Part shown: one piece after another, positions 8,286-16,823 of the stretch | Position numbering within the stretch: the stretch's first letter is position 1 | Layout of the letters: every line of letters starts with the position of its first letter | Source of the DNA: a virus | Lineage: Duplodnaviria > Heunggongvirae > Uroviricota > Caudoviricetes | Virus record (IMG/VR): IMGVR_UViG_2778261639_000014 | Coordinates: 1-25,936 of that record | Length of the DNA stretch: 25,936 nucleotides | Reading direction: 5' to 3' (one strand) | The notes under the pieces: generated by a model | Told to the model about the DNA's origin: nothing | The model's input: the letters and a program-made list of their open reading frames with translations, nothing else | The model's database searches: none | Made by a program: the position numbers and the translations under genes

Positions 8286-8337
8286 ATTTTACCTTCCGCC
8301 CCTACTCCCGAAAAAAATAAAAAAATTGCTTGTCACG

Positions 8338-8368
8338 AGAAAGTCAACAAGTGACTTTCAATAAAATC
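8338..8368 (+). promoter_or_regulatory. Late (Lpa-dependent-type) promoter upstream of the gene-23-like operon
   Basis: Inverted repeat AAAGTCA-N5-TGACTTT followed 3 nt later by a -10 TAAAAT and no -35. Fits the organisation recalled for P1 late promoters. Confidence 0.5.
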
Positions 8369-8397
8369 TCTTCCGAAAAGGGATTCACACAAGTGCC

Positions 8398-10125
8398 TTG
8401 TGTTTAAGGAAGAGTAAATTGAGTAACTTACGCGAATACCAGAATCGTATTGCAGATATCGCAAAACGCTCTAAAGCTGTGCTTGGCTGGGCAAGCACTG
8501 CGCAGTTCGGTACTGATAACCAATTCATTAAAGATGATGCCGCGCGTGCCGCATCTATCCTTGAAGCTGCACGTAAAGACCCGGTTTTTGCGGGTATCTC
8601 TGATAATGCCACCGCTCAAATCGCTACAGCGTGGGCAAGTGCACTGGCTGACTACGCCGCAGCACATAAATCTATGCCGCGTCCGGAAATTCTGGCCTCC
8701 TGCCACCAGACGCTGGAAAACTGCCTGATTGAGTCCACCCGCAACAGCATGGATGCCACTAATAAAGCGATGCTGGAATCCGTCGCAGCAGAGATGATGA
8801 GCGTTTCTGACGGTGTTATGCGTCTGCCTTTATTCCTCGCGATGATCCTGCCTGTTCAGTTGGGGGCAGCTACCGCTGATGCGTGTACCTTCATTCCGGT
8901 TACGCGTGACCAGTCCGACATCTATGAAGTCTTTAACGTGGCAGGTTCCTCTTTTGGTTCTTATGCTGCTGGTGATGTTCTGGACATGCAATCCGTCGGT
9001 GTGTACAGCCAGTTACGCCGCCGCTATGTGCTGGTGGCAAGCTCCGATGGCACCAGCAAAACCGCAACCTTCAAGATGGAAGACTTCGAAGGCCAGAATG
9101 TACCAATCCGAAAAGGTCGCACTAACATCTACGTTAACCGTATTAAGTCTGTTGTTGATAACGGTTCCGGCAGCCTACTTCACTCGTTTACTAATGCTGC
9201 TGGTGAGCAAATCACTGTTACTTGCTCTCTGAACTACAACATTGGTCAGATTGCCCTGTCGTTCTCCAAAGCGCCGGATAAAGGCACTGAGATCGCAATT
9301 GAGACGGAAATCAATATTGAAGCCGCTCCTGAGCTGATCCCGCTGATCAACCACGAAATGAAGAAATACACCCTGTTCCCAAGCCAGTTCGTTATCGCGG
9401 CTGAGCACACGGTACAGGCGGCGTATGAAGCACAGCGTGAATTTGGTCTGGACCTGGGTTCCCTACAGTTCCGCACCCTGAAAGAATACCTGTCCCATGA
9501 ACAGGATATGTTGCGTCTCCGCATCATGATCTGGCGTACTCTTGCGACCGACACCTTTGACATCGCTCTGCCGGTTAACCAGTCCTTTGATGTATGGGCA
9601 ACCATCATTCGTGGCAAATTCCAGACTGTATATCGCGACATTATTGAGCGCGTTAAATCTTCTGGTGCGATGGGGATGTTTGCTGGTGCTGATGCAGCAT
9701 CTTTCTTCAAACAGTTGCCGAAGGATTTCTTCCAGCCAGCCGAAGACTATATCCAGACTCCGTATGTTCACTACATCGGTACCCTGTTCGGTAACGTGAA
9801 AGTGTACGAAGTACCTGCTGGTATTTGTAAGAACTTAACGACAGAGAACATTCAGTTCAGCTCGATGGATGTGCTGTGCTACGTCCGTGATGAAAATCCG
9901 GGTAAAGCAGGCTTCGTGACTGGTGATGCTGTCCCGGCCATCCCGTTCCAGCATCCGACCACTCCGGCGCTGGTCAACCGTACCACGCTGTGGGGTTCGG
10001 CTATCAACGATATGCACCCACGCAACGGCGCTGATTACTTCACTCGTGTAACGCTGACAATGGCCAAAAAAGGCGGGCTTAACTTTATAAGCGGCGACAC
10101 GATTGATGCCGGTGACTCTGAGTAA
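8398..10125 (+). CDS. Structural protein in the position of P1 gene 23 (putative major head protein)
   Basis: Track start TTG 8398; better start TTG 8419 with AAGGAAG SD. ~568 aa with strong codon bias. First gene after parS behind a late promoter. Assigned by position and expression signature, not by a verified motif. Confidence 0.6.
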   Translation: MCLRKSKLSNLREYQNRIADIAKRSKAVLGWASTAQFGTDNQFIKDDAARAASILEAARKDPVFAGISDNATAQIATAWASALADYAAAHKSMPRPEILASCHQTLENCLIESTRNSMDATNKAMLESVAAEMMSVSDGVMRLPLFLAMILPVQLGAATADACTFIPVTRDQSDIYEVFNVAGSSFGSYAAGDVLDMQSVGVYSQLRRRYVLVASSDGTSKTATFKMEDFEGQNVPIRKGRTNIYVNRIKSVVDNGSGSLLHSFTNAAGEQITVTCSLNYNIGQIALSFSKAPDKGTEIAIETEINIEAAPELIPLINHEMKKYTLFPSQFVIAAEHTVQAAYEAQREFGLDLGSLQFRTLKEYLSHEQDMLRLRIMIWRTLATDTFDIALPVNQSFDVWATIIRGKFQTVYRDIIERVKSSGAMGMFAGADAASFFKQLPKDFFQPAEDYIQTPYVHYIGTLFGNVKVYEVPAGICKNLTTENIQFSSMDVLCYVRDENPGKAGFVTGDAVPAIPFQHPTTPALVNRTTLWGSAINDMHPRNGADYFTRVTLTMAKKGGLNFISGDTIDAGDSE

Positions 10126-10151
10126 TCAGGGGAAGTTCTCCGTTTAACATA

Positions 10152-10170
10152 GCGCCCCCGTGCGGGGCGC
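10152..10170 (+). other. Intercistronic GC-rich hairpin without U-tract
   Basis: GCGCCCC-CGTGC-GGGGCGC between the gene-23-like and sheath genes. No T-run follows, so probably an RNA processing or stability element rather than a terminator. Confidence 0.4.
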
Positions 10171-10185
10171 ATAACAGGGAAAGTT

Positions 10186-11775
10186 ATGTCTCAATATTCA
10201 ATTCAACAGTCATTAGGTAATGCATCCGGCGTCGCTGTTAGCCCGATCAATGCCGATGCGACGTTATCTACCGGTGTTGCATTAAATAGCAGCTTGTGGG
10301 CTGGTATTGGCGTATTTGCGCGTGGCAAGCCGTTTACTGTTCTTGCGGTTACTGAGTCCAATTACGAAGATGTTCTCGGCGAACCGCTGAAGCCGTCTTC
10401 CGGCTCACAGTTCGAACCAATTCGCCATGTGTACGAAGCTATTCAGCAAACGTCTGGTTATGTTGTCCGTGCTGTTCCGGATGATGCGAAGTTCCCGATT
10501 ATTATGTTCGATGAATCAGGCGAACCGGCTTACAGTGCGTTGCCATACGGTTCTGAAATTGAACTTGATAGCGGCGAAGCCTTTGCTATCTACGTTGATG
10601 ATGGTGATCCGTGTATTTCACCTACCCGTGAGTTAACCATCGAAACGGCAACAGCGGACAGCGCAGGTAATGAACGCTTCCTCCTGAAACTGACCCAGAC
10701 GACTTCGCTCGGCGTGGTAACGACCCTGGAGACACACACTGTGTCTTTGGCGGAAGAAGCAAAAGATGACATGGGCCGCTTGTGTTATCTGCCTACGGCT
10801 CTGGAAGCCCGTTCTAAATATCTGCGCGCGGTTGTTAATGAAGAGCTGATTTCGACGGCGAAAGTAACAAATAAAAAATCGCTGGCGTTCACTGGCGGTA
10901 CCAACGGCGATCAGTCGAACATTTCCACTGCTGCTTACCTGCGCGCGGTGAAAGTGCTGAACAATGCGCCGTACATGTACACCGCTGTTCTCGGCCTGGG
11001 TTGCTATGACAATGCGGCGATCACTGCGTTAGGTAATATCTGTTCTGATCGCTTGATTGATGGCTTCTTTGATGTCAAACCGACATTGACGTACACGGAA
11101 GCGATCTCTGCTGTTGAAGATACCGGTTTACTTGGTACCGATTATGTAAGCTGTGCTGTCTATCATTTCCCGTTCTCCTGCAAAGACAAATGGACCCAAT
11201 CCCGCGTGGTCTTCGGTCTGTCTGGCGCGGCGTATGCGGCGAAAGCTCGTGGCGTCAAGAAAAACTCCGATGTCGGCGGTTGGCATTACTCACCGGCTGG
11301 TGAAGAACGTGCCGTCATTGCTCGTGCATCACTTCAACCGCTGTATCCGGAAGACACCCCGGACGAAGAAGCTATGGTCAAGGGCCGACTCAATAAAGTA
11401 TCTGTAGGTACTTCGGGCCAGATGATCATCGATGATGCTTTAACTTGCTGCACGCAGGACAACTATCTGCATTTCCAGCACGTCCCATCCCTGATGAATG
11501 CAATCAGCCGTTTCTTTGTCCAGTTAGCCCGACAGATGAAGCATAACCCGGACGGCATTACTGAGTCTGGCCTGACTAAAGGGATGACCAAACTTTTGGA
11601 TCGCTTTGTCGCCTCCGGCGCTCTGGTGGCTCCTCGTGATCCTGATGCTGACGGTACAGAACCGTATGTGCTGAAAGTTACGCAGGCGGAATTCGATAAA
11701 TGGGAAGTAGTCTGGGCCTGCTGCCCGACTGGCGTAGCCCGTCGTATCCAGGGCGTACCGCTGCTTATTAAGTAA
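10186..11775 (+). CDS. Contractile tail sheath protein (putative, P1 gene 22-like)
   Basis: 529 aa. Contains GGWHYSPAG, resembling the G-x-W-x-x-P-A-G motif I associate with sheath proteins. Size fits a ~57 kDa sheath. Confidence 0.65.
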   Translation: MSQYSIQQSLGNASGVAVSPINADATLSTGVALNSSLWAGIGVFARGKPFTVLAVTESNYEDVLGEPLKPSSGSQFEPIRHVYEAIQQTSGYVVRAVPDDAKFPIIMFDESGEPAYSALPYGSEIELDSGEAFAIYVDDGDPCISPTRELTIETATADSAGNERFLLKLTQTTSLGVVTTLETHTVSLAEEAKDDMGRLCYLPTALEARSKYLRAVVNEELISTAKVTNKKSLAFTGGTNGDQSNISTAAYLRAVKVLNNAPYMYTAVLGLGCYDNAAITALGNICSDRLIDGFFDVKPTLTYTEAISAVEDTGLLGTDYVSCAVYHFPFSCKDKWTQSRVVFGLSGAAYAAKARGVKKNSDVGGWHYSPAGEERAVIARASLQPLYPEDTPDEEAMVKGRLNKVSVGTSGQMIIDDALTCCTQDNYLHFQHVPSLMNAISRFFVQLARQMKHNPDGITESGLTKGMTKLLDRFVASGALVAPRDPDADGTEPYVLKVTQAEFDKWEVVWACCPTGVARRIQGVPLLIK

Positions 11776-11784
11776 GGAAATACA

Positions 11785-12600
11785 ATGAGCAAAAACTTTT
11801 TTCAATCCGGGGCATTTTTGGGGAATGGACTGTCCCGTTTCGCTTTGAACTCTGATCCTGTGCAGCTGATGGAGTCTGCCCGAGCAAGCGCTGAACCGCC
11901 AACAGATCCGGTTATTAATAATAATCCGGAACCGGCGGCACAGACTAACGATAACGTTCCATCTGCCCCGGCTCCTGAGCAAATCCTGGAAGGGAAAGAC
12001 GGTAAAGAATGGACCGTCGAACAGGCGCACCAGATGATTCTGGAAGCTGCAAATCGAAGTGCTATGCAGAATGCGTTGAGTGATGCGGCCGACGCCGTTT
12101 TCGCCTGGGCTGATAGCGGTGATCTGACTTTCGACTCCCTTGATGGTTTCGTTCAGGCTATCGCTGGTATCTCTGATGACGACGACTCCGAAGTTACAGA
12201 AGAACAGGACGATGCCTATAACGAAGCATGGGCAAATGTTGCTGACTTCCTCGCAGCATGCGGTGTAGATGATGACCTGATCGAAGCACTGGCTGACGAT
12301 GAAGACGACGACGCAGCTGCTGATGTTGGTGCCTCTATCGCTGGTTTAGATAGCGACGACCGCGACGAACTGGAAGCGGCGTTTGTTGTTGCTGGCACTT
12401 CTGATGAAATGCTGACTGAAGCATTTAAGAAGGTTGTTCGTAATGGTGAGATCAAACTCATCCGTAAACGCCTGCGTAAAAAACGTCTGACTGCGGCTCA
12501 AAAATCGGCGCTGAAAAAAGCGCGTCGAAAAGCCCAGACCGGCGCGGCAAAACTTGCCCGCAAAAAGTCAATGAAACTGCGCCGTAAGCGCCTTGGCTAA
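11785..12600 (+). CDS. Charge-segregated protein (acidic body, basic C-terminal tail)
   Basis: 271 aa with AAGGAAA SD. Long D/E-rich stretches (DDDDSEVTEEQDD, DDEDDDAAADV) and a K/R-rich final ~50 aa (KRLRKKRLTAAQKSALKKARRKAQTGAAKLARKKSMKLRRKRLG). No enzymatic motif. Confidence 0.6.
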   Translation: MSKNFFQSGAFLGNGLSRFALNSDPVQLMESARASAEPPTDPVINNNPEPAAQTNDNVPSAPAPEQILEGKDGKEWTVEQAHQMILEAANRSAMQNALSDAADAVFAWADSGDLTFDSLDGFVQAIAGISDDDDSEVTEEQDDAYNEAWANVADFLAACGVDDDLIEALADDEDDDAAADVGASIAGLDSDDRDELEAAFVVAGTSDEMLTEAFKKVVRNGEIKLIRKRLRKKRLTAAQKSALKKARRKAQTGAAKLARKKSMKLRRKRLG

Positions 12601-12635
12601 AGGAGGAGGCCGGAGAACTCCGGCCTTTAACTTGA

Positions 12636-13217
12636 ATGGCACCTATACCTTATGGGGTTTACAGCCAGGCTGACGGTGTATCGCCATTTCTGAAAGTTAC
12701 TTTAACGAACTCTCAGTACCAGGTTACCGGATATATCAGCCAGGGGGCAGCAATGAACATGGCCCAGAATTGGGAAGCGCCGTTTACCGGTATGTCCATG
12801 GGGTCTGTTGCTGGTGCTTTCAGTGGTTTTGCGCAGGTTGGTACTGAAACAACGTCGGTGGCCCGTTGGAACAGCTTAATGGTTTGGGAAGGGGGGACAC
12901 CGCCGACGTTCACGCTGCCCGTAACTTTCATTGCTTTGAACAATCCATTCATTGAAGTTTCAGGCGCTATCGCCGCGTTGACAGCCATGATTAGCCCGGA
13001 ACTAAAAGCGGCCAATGTTGGTGGTCGAATCCCGGAACGTGTGACGCTAAACATTGGTCGCCGGATCAACATCACCGATGTCGCTATCCAGGACTTAAGT
13101 TTTGATCTCGATGCGCCAAGGGACAGTAATGGATATTTCCTGAAAAACACCGTCAACCTCCAGTTGACCGGTTCTTCGATATATAACAGCTCCGATATTG
13201 TTCGGGCGTTCCAGTAA
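12636..13217 (+). CDS. Hypothetical late-operon protein (tail component candidate)
   Basis: 193-aa ORF preceded by a GGCCGGAG/CTCCGGCC hairpin. Gly/Ala/Thr-rich. No diagnostic motif. Confidence 0.5.
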   Translation: MAPIPYGVYSQADGVSPFLKVTLTNSQYQVTGYISQGAAMNMAQNWEAPFTGMSMGSVAGAFSGFAQVGTETTSVARWNSLMVWEGGTPPTFTLPVTFIALNNPFIEVSGAIAALTAMISPELKAANVGGRIPERVTLNIGRRINITDVAIQDLSFDLDAPRDSNGYFLKNTVNLQLTGSSIYNSSDIVRAFQ

Positions 13218-13228
13218 AAGGATTTTAT

Positions 13229-13738
13229 ATGGGGCACAATAACACTAAGGGAAACCGTAAATTTATTAAGGGCCGCTATACTGCCAACGCGGCCAAAGGC
13301 GAACGACTGGTATCTTCTGAATTCCAGCTCACTTTTGCAGGCCATGAAGATATCAGCGTACTGGTTCGCACGTCGCAAATTCCTGAAATGACCCGCGAGG
13401 ATGTGGAGGACTATGGTCCGAATGGTGTGAAGTTCAACCAGCACGGTCCAATTCGAAACTCTGGGGAAATCCAGGTCCAGTGCGTGGAGACTATCGAAGG
13501 CGATATTCTTCAGTTCATTAAGGATCGCATTGCGGCGAAGGACTATGTTGATATCACGATGGCTGCGACCCCTGAATCCAAATCTTCCGGGGTTAACGCT
13601 GTGACTAAAGCTGCTACAACAATTGAAATGTTGGACTGCAAAATCTACAGTGATGCAATCGACTTTAGTACCGAAGATGTGACTGCCGCTGTGCGCCCGT
13701 CACTTCGTATCGTCTACAACTGGATTGATTGGGATTAA
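13229..13738 (+). CDS. Tail tube protein candidate
   Basis: 169 aa with AAAGGA SD. Last gene of the sheath-containing operon, followed by a strong terminator. Size fits a myovirus tube protein; assigned by size and position only. Confidence 0.45.
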   Translation: MGHNNTKGNRKFIKGRYTANAAKGERLVSSEFQLTFAGHEDISVLVRTSQIPEMTREDVEDYGPNGVKFNQHGPIRNSGEIQVQCVETIEGDILQFIKDRIAAKDYVDITMAATPESKSSGVNAVTKAATTIEMLDCKIYSDAIDFSTEDVTAAVRPSLRIVYNWIDWD

Positions 13739-13757
13739 GAGCCATCCCTTGTATTTT

Positions 13758-13782
13758 AAAGCTCCTTCGGGAGCTTTTTTTA
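13758..13782 (+). terminator. Rho-independent terminator of the late structural operon
   Basis: AAAGCTCC-TTCG-GGAGCTTT hairpin followed by T7, 20 nt after the stop codon. Confidence 0.85.
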
Positions 13783-13909
13783 TAACTATTTTATATAAAA
13801 ATGCATCGATAACATTGTCTGGAGTTTTATGTTAGATTATTAATGTTCTAATAAACTACAATTATTGCGGTAGATGTTTGTGCCTGTACTGTTAAAGGGG
13901 GACTCTAAA

Positions 13910-14506
13910 ATGGCTGTGATTCCAATGTCGTACTCCCCGGGTACTGTCGCTCGTCGATTTTCGATCCTGGACGGAGTTACCATCCAGGGTGTGCTTTACC
14001 AGGTTATATGGGATTCCAAAACCCCATTTGCAGCTGTAATAGAGGCTGCGCCTTCTGTTATCGATGGTGATATGCGGCATAAGGTTGTCGCTACTCTTGA
14101 ACTTCAACGTCGCCCGCAGCTTGAAGGCGTACTGGTAAGGAAGTTCTGGGAGGATAGCGATGTTGGCCAGATTGAAGGTATCGTGGTTGATGGAACTGTC
14201 CGGGATGTCGGTTTAGCTACTTTTGTTTACGAAACCGTAGCCTCAAAAGCTGGTGTTGTTTTGCTCAGTGATAATGAGCAATACGAAGGTGGAAAAGCTC
14301 TTTGGCAACATATCGCCCGTCGCTCTTCCGAGCTAAAAGTGTTTATCCTCGACACCGATGCTGCTCAGTATTACCCGTTTGACGGCGAACGTGTTTGCTA
14401 TGACGGGAAAAGTATTCCTGAATCCGAGATATGGAGTGAACATCCGGATCGAAGTAAGCATGGGGTTGTTCTTGTCGCAGAATCCATAACTGGAAAGGCG
14501 GCATAG
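13910..14506 (+). CDS. Hypothetical protein (orphan gene with its own promoter)
   Basis: Track ORF 13874..14506; ATG 13910 preceded by AAAGGGGGA. 198 aa. Preceded by a ~100-bp AT-rich promoter-like region. No recognisable domain. Confidence 0.55.
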   Translation: MAVIPMSYSPGTVARRFSILDGVTIQGVLYQVIWDSKTPFAAVIEAAPSVIDGDMRHKVVATLELQRRPQLEGVLVRKFWEDSDVGQIEGIVVDGTVRDVGLATFVYETVASKAGVVLLSDNEQYEGGKALWQHIARRSSELKVFILDTDAAQYYPFDGERVCYDGKSIPESEIWSEHPDRSKHGVVLVAESITGKAA

Positions 14507-14688
14507 CAGTAAAAAATTCCTTGCTCCTTAAAAGGGGAGAGGGTTAATCTACGTATGCTAAGCATAGGTATGGCCCCGGTTAATGTTAAGCGTTGTGCGG
14601 GACGCATAATGTTTACTGGGGCTTTCTTCTATCTGCTTTTCGGGGAATGCCTGAAGCAGATAGCCTCAAGCACACCGCAGCGGGTGTA

Positions 14689-14934
14689 TCAATGTCTGGC
14701 TTTTTTTCTATAGAAATCACCTGGAAGGGTGAATATCCACATCAGAAGAAATGTTGCAGCAAACATGATCCCTAATGGCCAGACCGCGCCAAAGAAAATC
14801 CATACTAAGATCTCCTCTGCTCGTTCTTTGCGGTCGATATCGACAAGCATTTTTCGGCTGATCATGTATACACAGAAGCCAATACAAACATATCCTGCAA
14901 AAGCGATCGCTAACTGTAAAAAATCAGATTGCAT
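14689..14934 (-). CDS. Small two-helix membrane protein
   Basis: Track ORF 14689..15015; ATG at 14934 preceded by GAGG. 81 aa with two hydrophobic helices (LQLAIAFAGYVCIGFCVYMI; ILVWIFFGAVWPLGIMFAATFLLMWIF) and a basic C terminus. Confidence 0.5.
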   Translation of the reverse strand: MQSDFLQLAIAFAGYVCIGFCVYMISRKMLVDIDRKERAEEILVWIFFGAVWPLGIMFAATFLLMWIFTLPGDFYRKKARH

Positions 14935-14964
14935 CTCCGACCTCAAACTGAAAACGCCAGGTGA

Positions 14965-14981
14965 CTCCAGATTAGAGCAAT
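14965..14981. promoter_or_regulatory. C1 operator-like site between repL and the small membrane-protein gene
   Basis: Core ATTAGAGCAAT (14971-14981) matches the conserved half of the C1 operator; the upstream half is degenerate. Lies 4 bp below the repL stop and ~35 bp upstream of the membrane-protein start. Confidence 0.45.
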
Positions 14982-14984
14982 CTA

Positions 14985-15830
14985 TCACCCTCTGAATCCT
15001 GCCGGTATACCCCATTGTTCGTTATCTTTATTTTTGGCTAAAACCGCATTAAGAGCTTCGTTTACCGTCATGCAATGCGGCAGATTATCGAAGTTTGATA
15101 CCCCGCCAATATCAGGAGAACGCTTGTTCTTCAGGTAAGCATATTTCCGCGCTGCCGCCTCTACTTTCTGCTTGAACTCATGTTTTTGAGCGCGTTTTTT
15201 GGATAACCGCAGATTGTCAGCCTTTGCTTTTGCCTCAGCGATCCATGAAGTCAATTTTTTGAGTCTGGTCGTTCCGGCACCGCCGGAAACTGATCTTTTT
15301 GTTTTTTTAACTTGTGACTTCTTATTCTTTATTGCCACGTCATCCTGACAGGGGGAGGGGGTATCATTTTGACATGGGGGTGTGGATAAAAAATTAAATA
15401 AAGCCAATGTCTTAGCGAGAACAGCTTTAACCTTGGTTGCCGCTGAAGAGATCTTTAATTTGCTTTCAATCAGCGCATTTTTGGCTTGTTGTGCGAAGGC
15501 CAAAAAGGATGGTGTAAACCGGTACAGGTTAGCGCGACGTTCATGGTGATCGCCGATAACAATCTCTACAGACAGAATTCCTTTGTTTACAGCTTCACGG
15601 AATGCACGAACGACGGTTGATTGGCTATAACCAGTTTCTGCCGCGATCAGGCGGTGAGGCTTGTGAATGAAGTATTCACTAGTTGTTGCCGCGAGATTTG
15701 CACATTGCGACAGGATATGCCCGGCGCTACGGGATAGACCGGAGTGTGTTACAAAGCAGGCCAATTCATAGCCAGAAAAAGTAAAATCGCTCATCGTTAT
15801 ACAGCTCAGGAAAGTGACTTTAGCCAGCAT
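14985..15830 (-). CDS. repL: Lytic replication protein RepL
   Basis: 281 aa from the track start; internal ATG at 15794 is an alternative. Matches P1 RepL as recalled (MSDFTFSGYELACFVTHSGLSRSAGHILSQ). Directly downstream of kilA as in the P1 kilA-repL operon. Confidence 0.8.
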   Translation of the reverse strand: MLAKVTFLSCITMSDFTFSGYELACFVTHSGLSRSAGHILSQCANLAATTSEYFIHKPHRLIAAETGYSQSTVVRAFREAVNKGILSVEIVIGDHHERRANLYRFTPSFLAFAQQAKNALIESKLKISSAATKVKAVLAKTLALFNFLSTPPCQNDTPSPCQDDVAIKNKKSQVKKTKRSVSGGAGTTRLKKLTSWIAEAKAKADNLRLSKKRAQKHEFKQKVEAAARKYAYLKNKRSPDIGGVSNFDNLPHCMTVNEALNAVLAKNKDNEQWGIPAGFRG

Positions 15831-15859
15831 TACAATGCTGGTGGTTCTTACTACGTCTG

Positions 15860-16660
15860 TTAGCGCGTTGCCGCGACAGGTACCAGCACACCAGCATCAA
15901 GCAATCGCTTCATCAGCCACTGCTGACCTTTGCCGGTTATACGAGTCGTGAAAGAAATCCTGCTTCCATTGCTTGTATCGATCACGGTTTCTTTAAGGGT
16001 GAAATACCCACGGGATATGTATTCTTGTTTGGGGACGTTCCTGCGTTCACCGGTTGCGATCAGAATTCCGTTATCACGCAACCAGGTGAAGAGATAGTTT
16101 TGGCCCAGGCCGAGCACTTTGGCATAGTTGCCGATTAGAACTCCGCTGGCGGTAGCAACGCGTTCGGCGAATTCGACTTTAGGTGCATCCATAAGCATTT
16201 TTTGCTCCAGCCGTTGCTTTTGCTCTGCCAGGTCGGCAGCCAAACGGAGAGCTTCAGGGAGACTCTGCGGAATAGCAGGTTGTAATCTTCCGGCTCGATA
16301 GTCGATAAATGTCTGGTTTACCTTCAGCCGAAACGCGGGAGAAATCCAGCCTGCGTACTCCACAGCGAGCAATTCATGGGCAAAAGTGCCGCCGCCACGG
16401 CCTTCGAAAGAAACTATGCAATTCTGCATAGTTTCTTTTTCAAGCTCTTCGATGAGCTGTTTGGCTGACAGCGTTCTTAGCCATTGAGCTGGCGCTTTAT
16501 GGGCACCGAGTCCGCTCGCTCTGTGTAGAGCATTAAGGTTGTAACGGCCAGCGCGGTCGGTCGTAATTTCAACACCACAAATAACAGGCAGAGTGGTTGA
16601 AGGATCGACATTTTGATGAAGGTTTGATATATTCATATCCGCATTGAATGTTTGTTGCAT
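15860..16660 (-). CDS. kilA: KilA (KilA-N DNA-binding domain plus antirepressor-type C-terminal domain)
   Basis: 266 aa with GGAGAAAAA SD. C-terminal half (IPQSLPEALRLAADLAEQK ... TGKGQQWL) is clearly paralogous to the C terminus of the upstream ant-like protein. Preceded by a C1 operator. Confidence 0.85.
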   Translation of the reverse strand: MQQTFNADMNISNLHQNVDPSTTLPVICGVEITTDRAGRYNLNALHRASGLGAHKAPAQWLRTLSAKQLIEELEKETMQNCIVSFEGRGGGTFAHELLAVEYAGWISPAFRLKVNQTFIDYRAGRLQPAIPQSLPEALRLAADLAEQKQRLEQKMLMDAPKVEFAERVATASGVLIGNYAKVLGLGQNYLFTWLRDNGILIATGERRNVPKQEYISRGYFTLKETVIDTSNGSRISFTTRITGKGQQWLMKRLLDAGVLVPVAATR

Positions 16661-16729
16661 TTTTTCTCCAAATTTGCATCAACCTTCAATCACCAGCTCG
16701 AAATGGTGATTCTTTGCACTTAGAAAACG

Positions 16730-16746
16730 AAATTTATTAGAGCAAA
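16730..16746. promoter_or_regulatory. C1 operator (P1 Op53-like) controlling kilA-repL
   Basis: AAATTTATTAGAGCAAA is the reverse complement of the C1 operator consensus with one mismatch, ~70 bp upstream of the kilA start. Confidence 0.75.
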
Positions 16747-16789
16747 TTTTTCTGGCCCGATCCAGATCGGGTTGGTCGATCTGCTCAGA

Positions 16790-16818
16790 AACCTGCCAGT
16801 TTGCTGGCAGGTTTTTTC
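16790..16818. terminator. Hairpin terminator between ant and kilA
   Basis: CCTGCCAG-TTTG-CTGGCAGG flanked by an A-run on one side and T6 on the other. Strong in the + direction, weaker (short U-tract) for the minus-strand ant transcript. Confidence 0.5.
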
Positions 16819-16823
16819 TTTTG

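Noticed and set aside
8428-9771. Several 77-154-aa ORFs on both strands inside the gene-23-like gene
   Set aside because: They are nested within a long, strongly codon-biased gene and lack ribosome-binding sites. Treated as frame artefacts.
12713-13444. 243-aa minus-strand ORF spanning two late structural genes
   Set aside because: It is antisense to two well-supported + strand genes with SD sequences and operon context, and has no start-site support. Long antisense ORFs are expected by chance in codon-biased structural genes.
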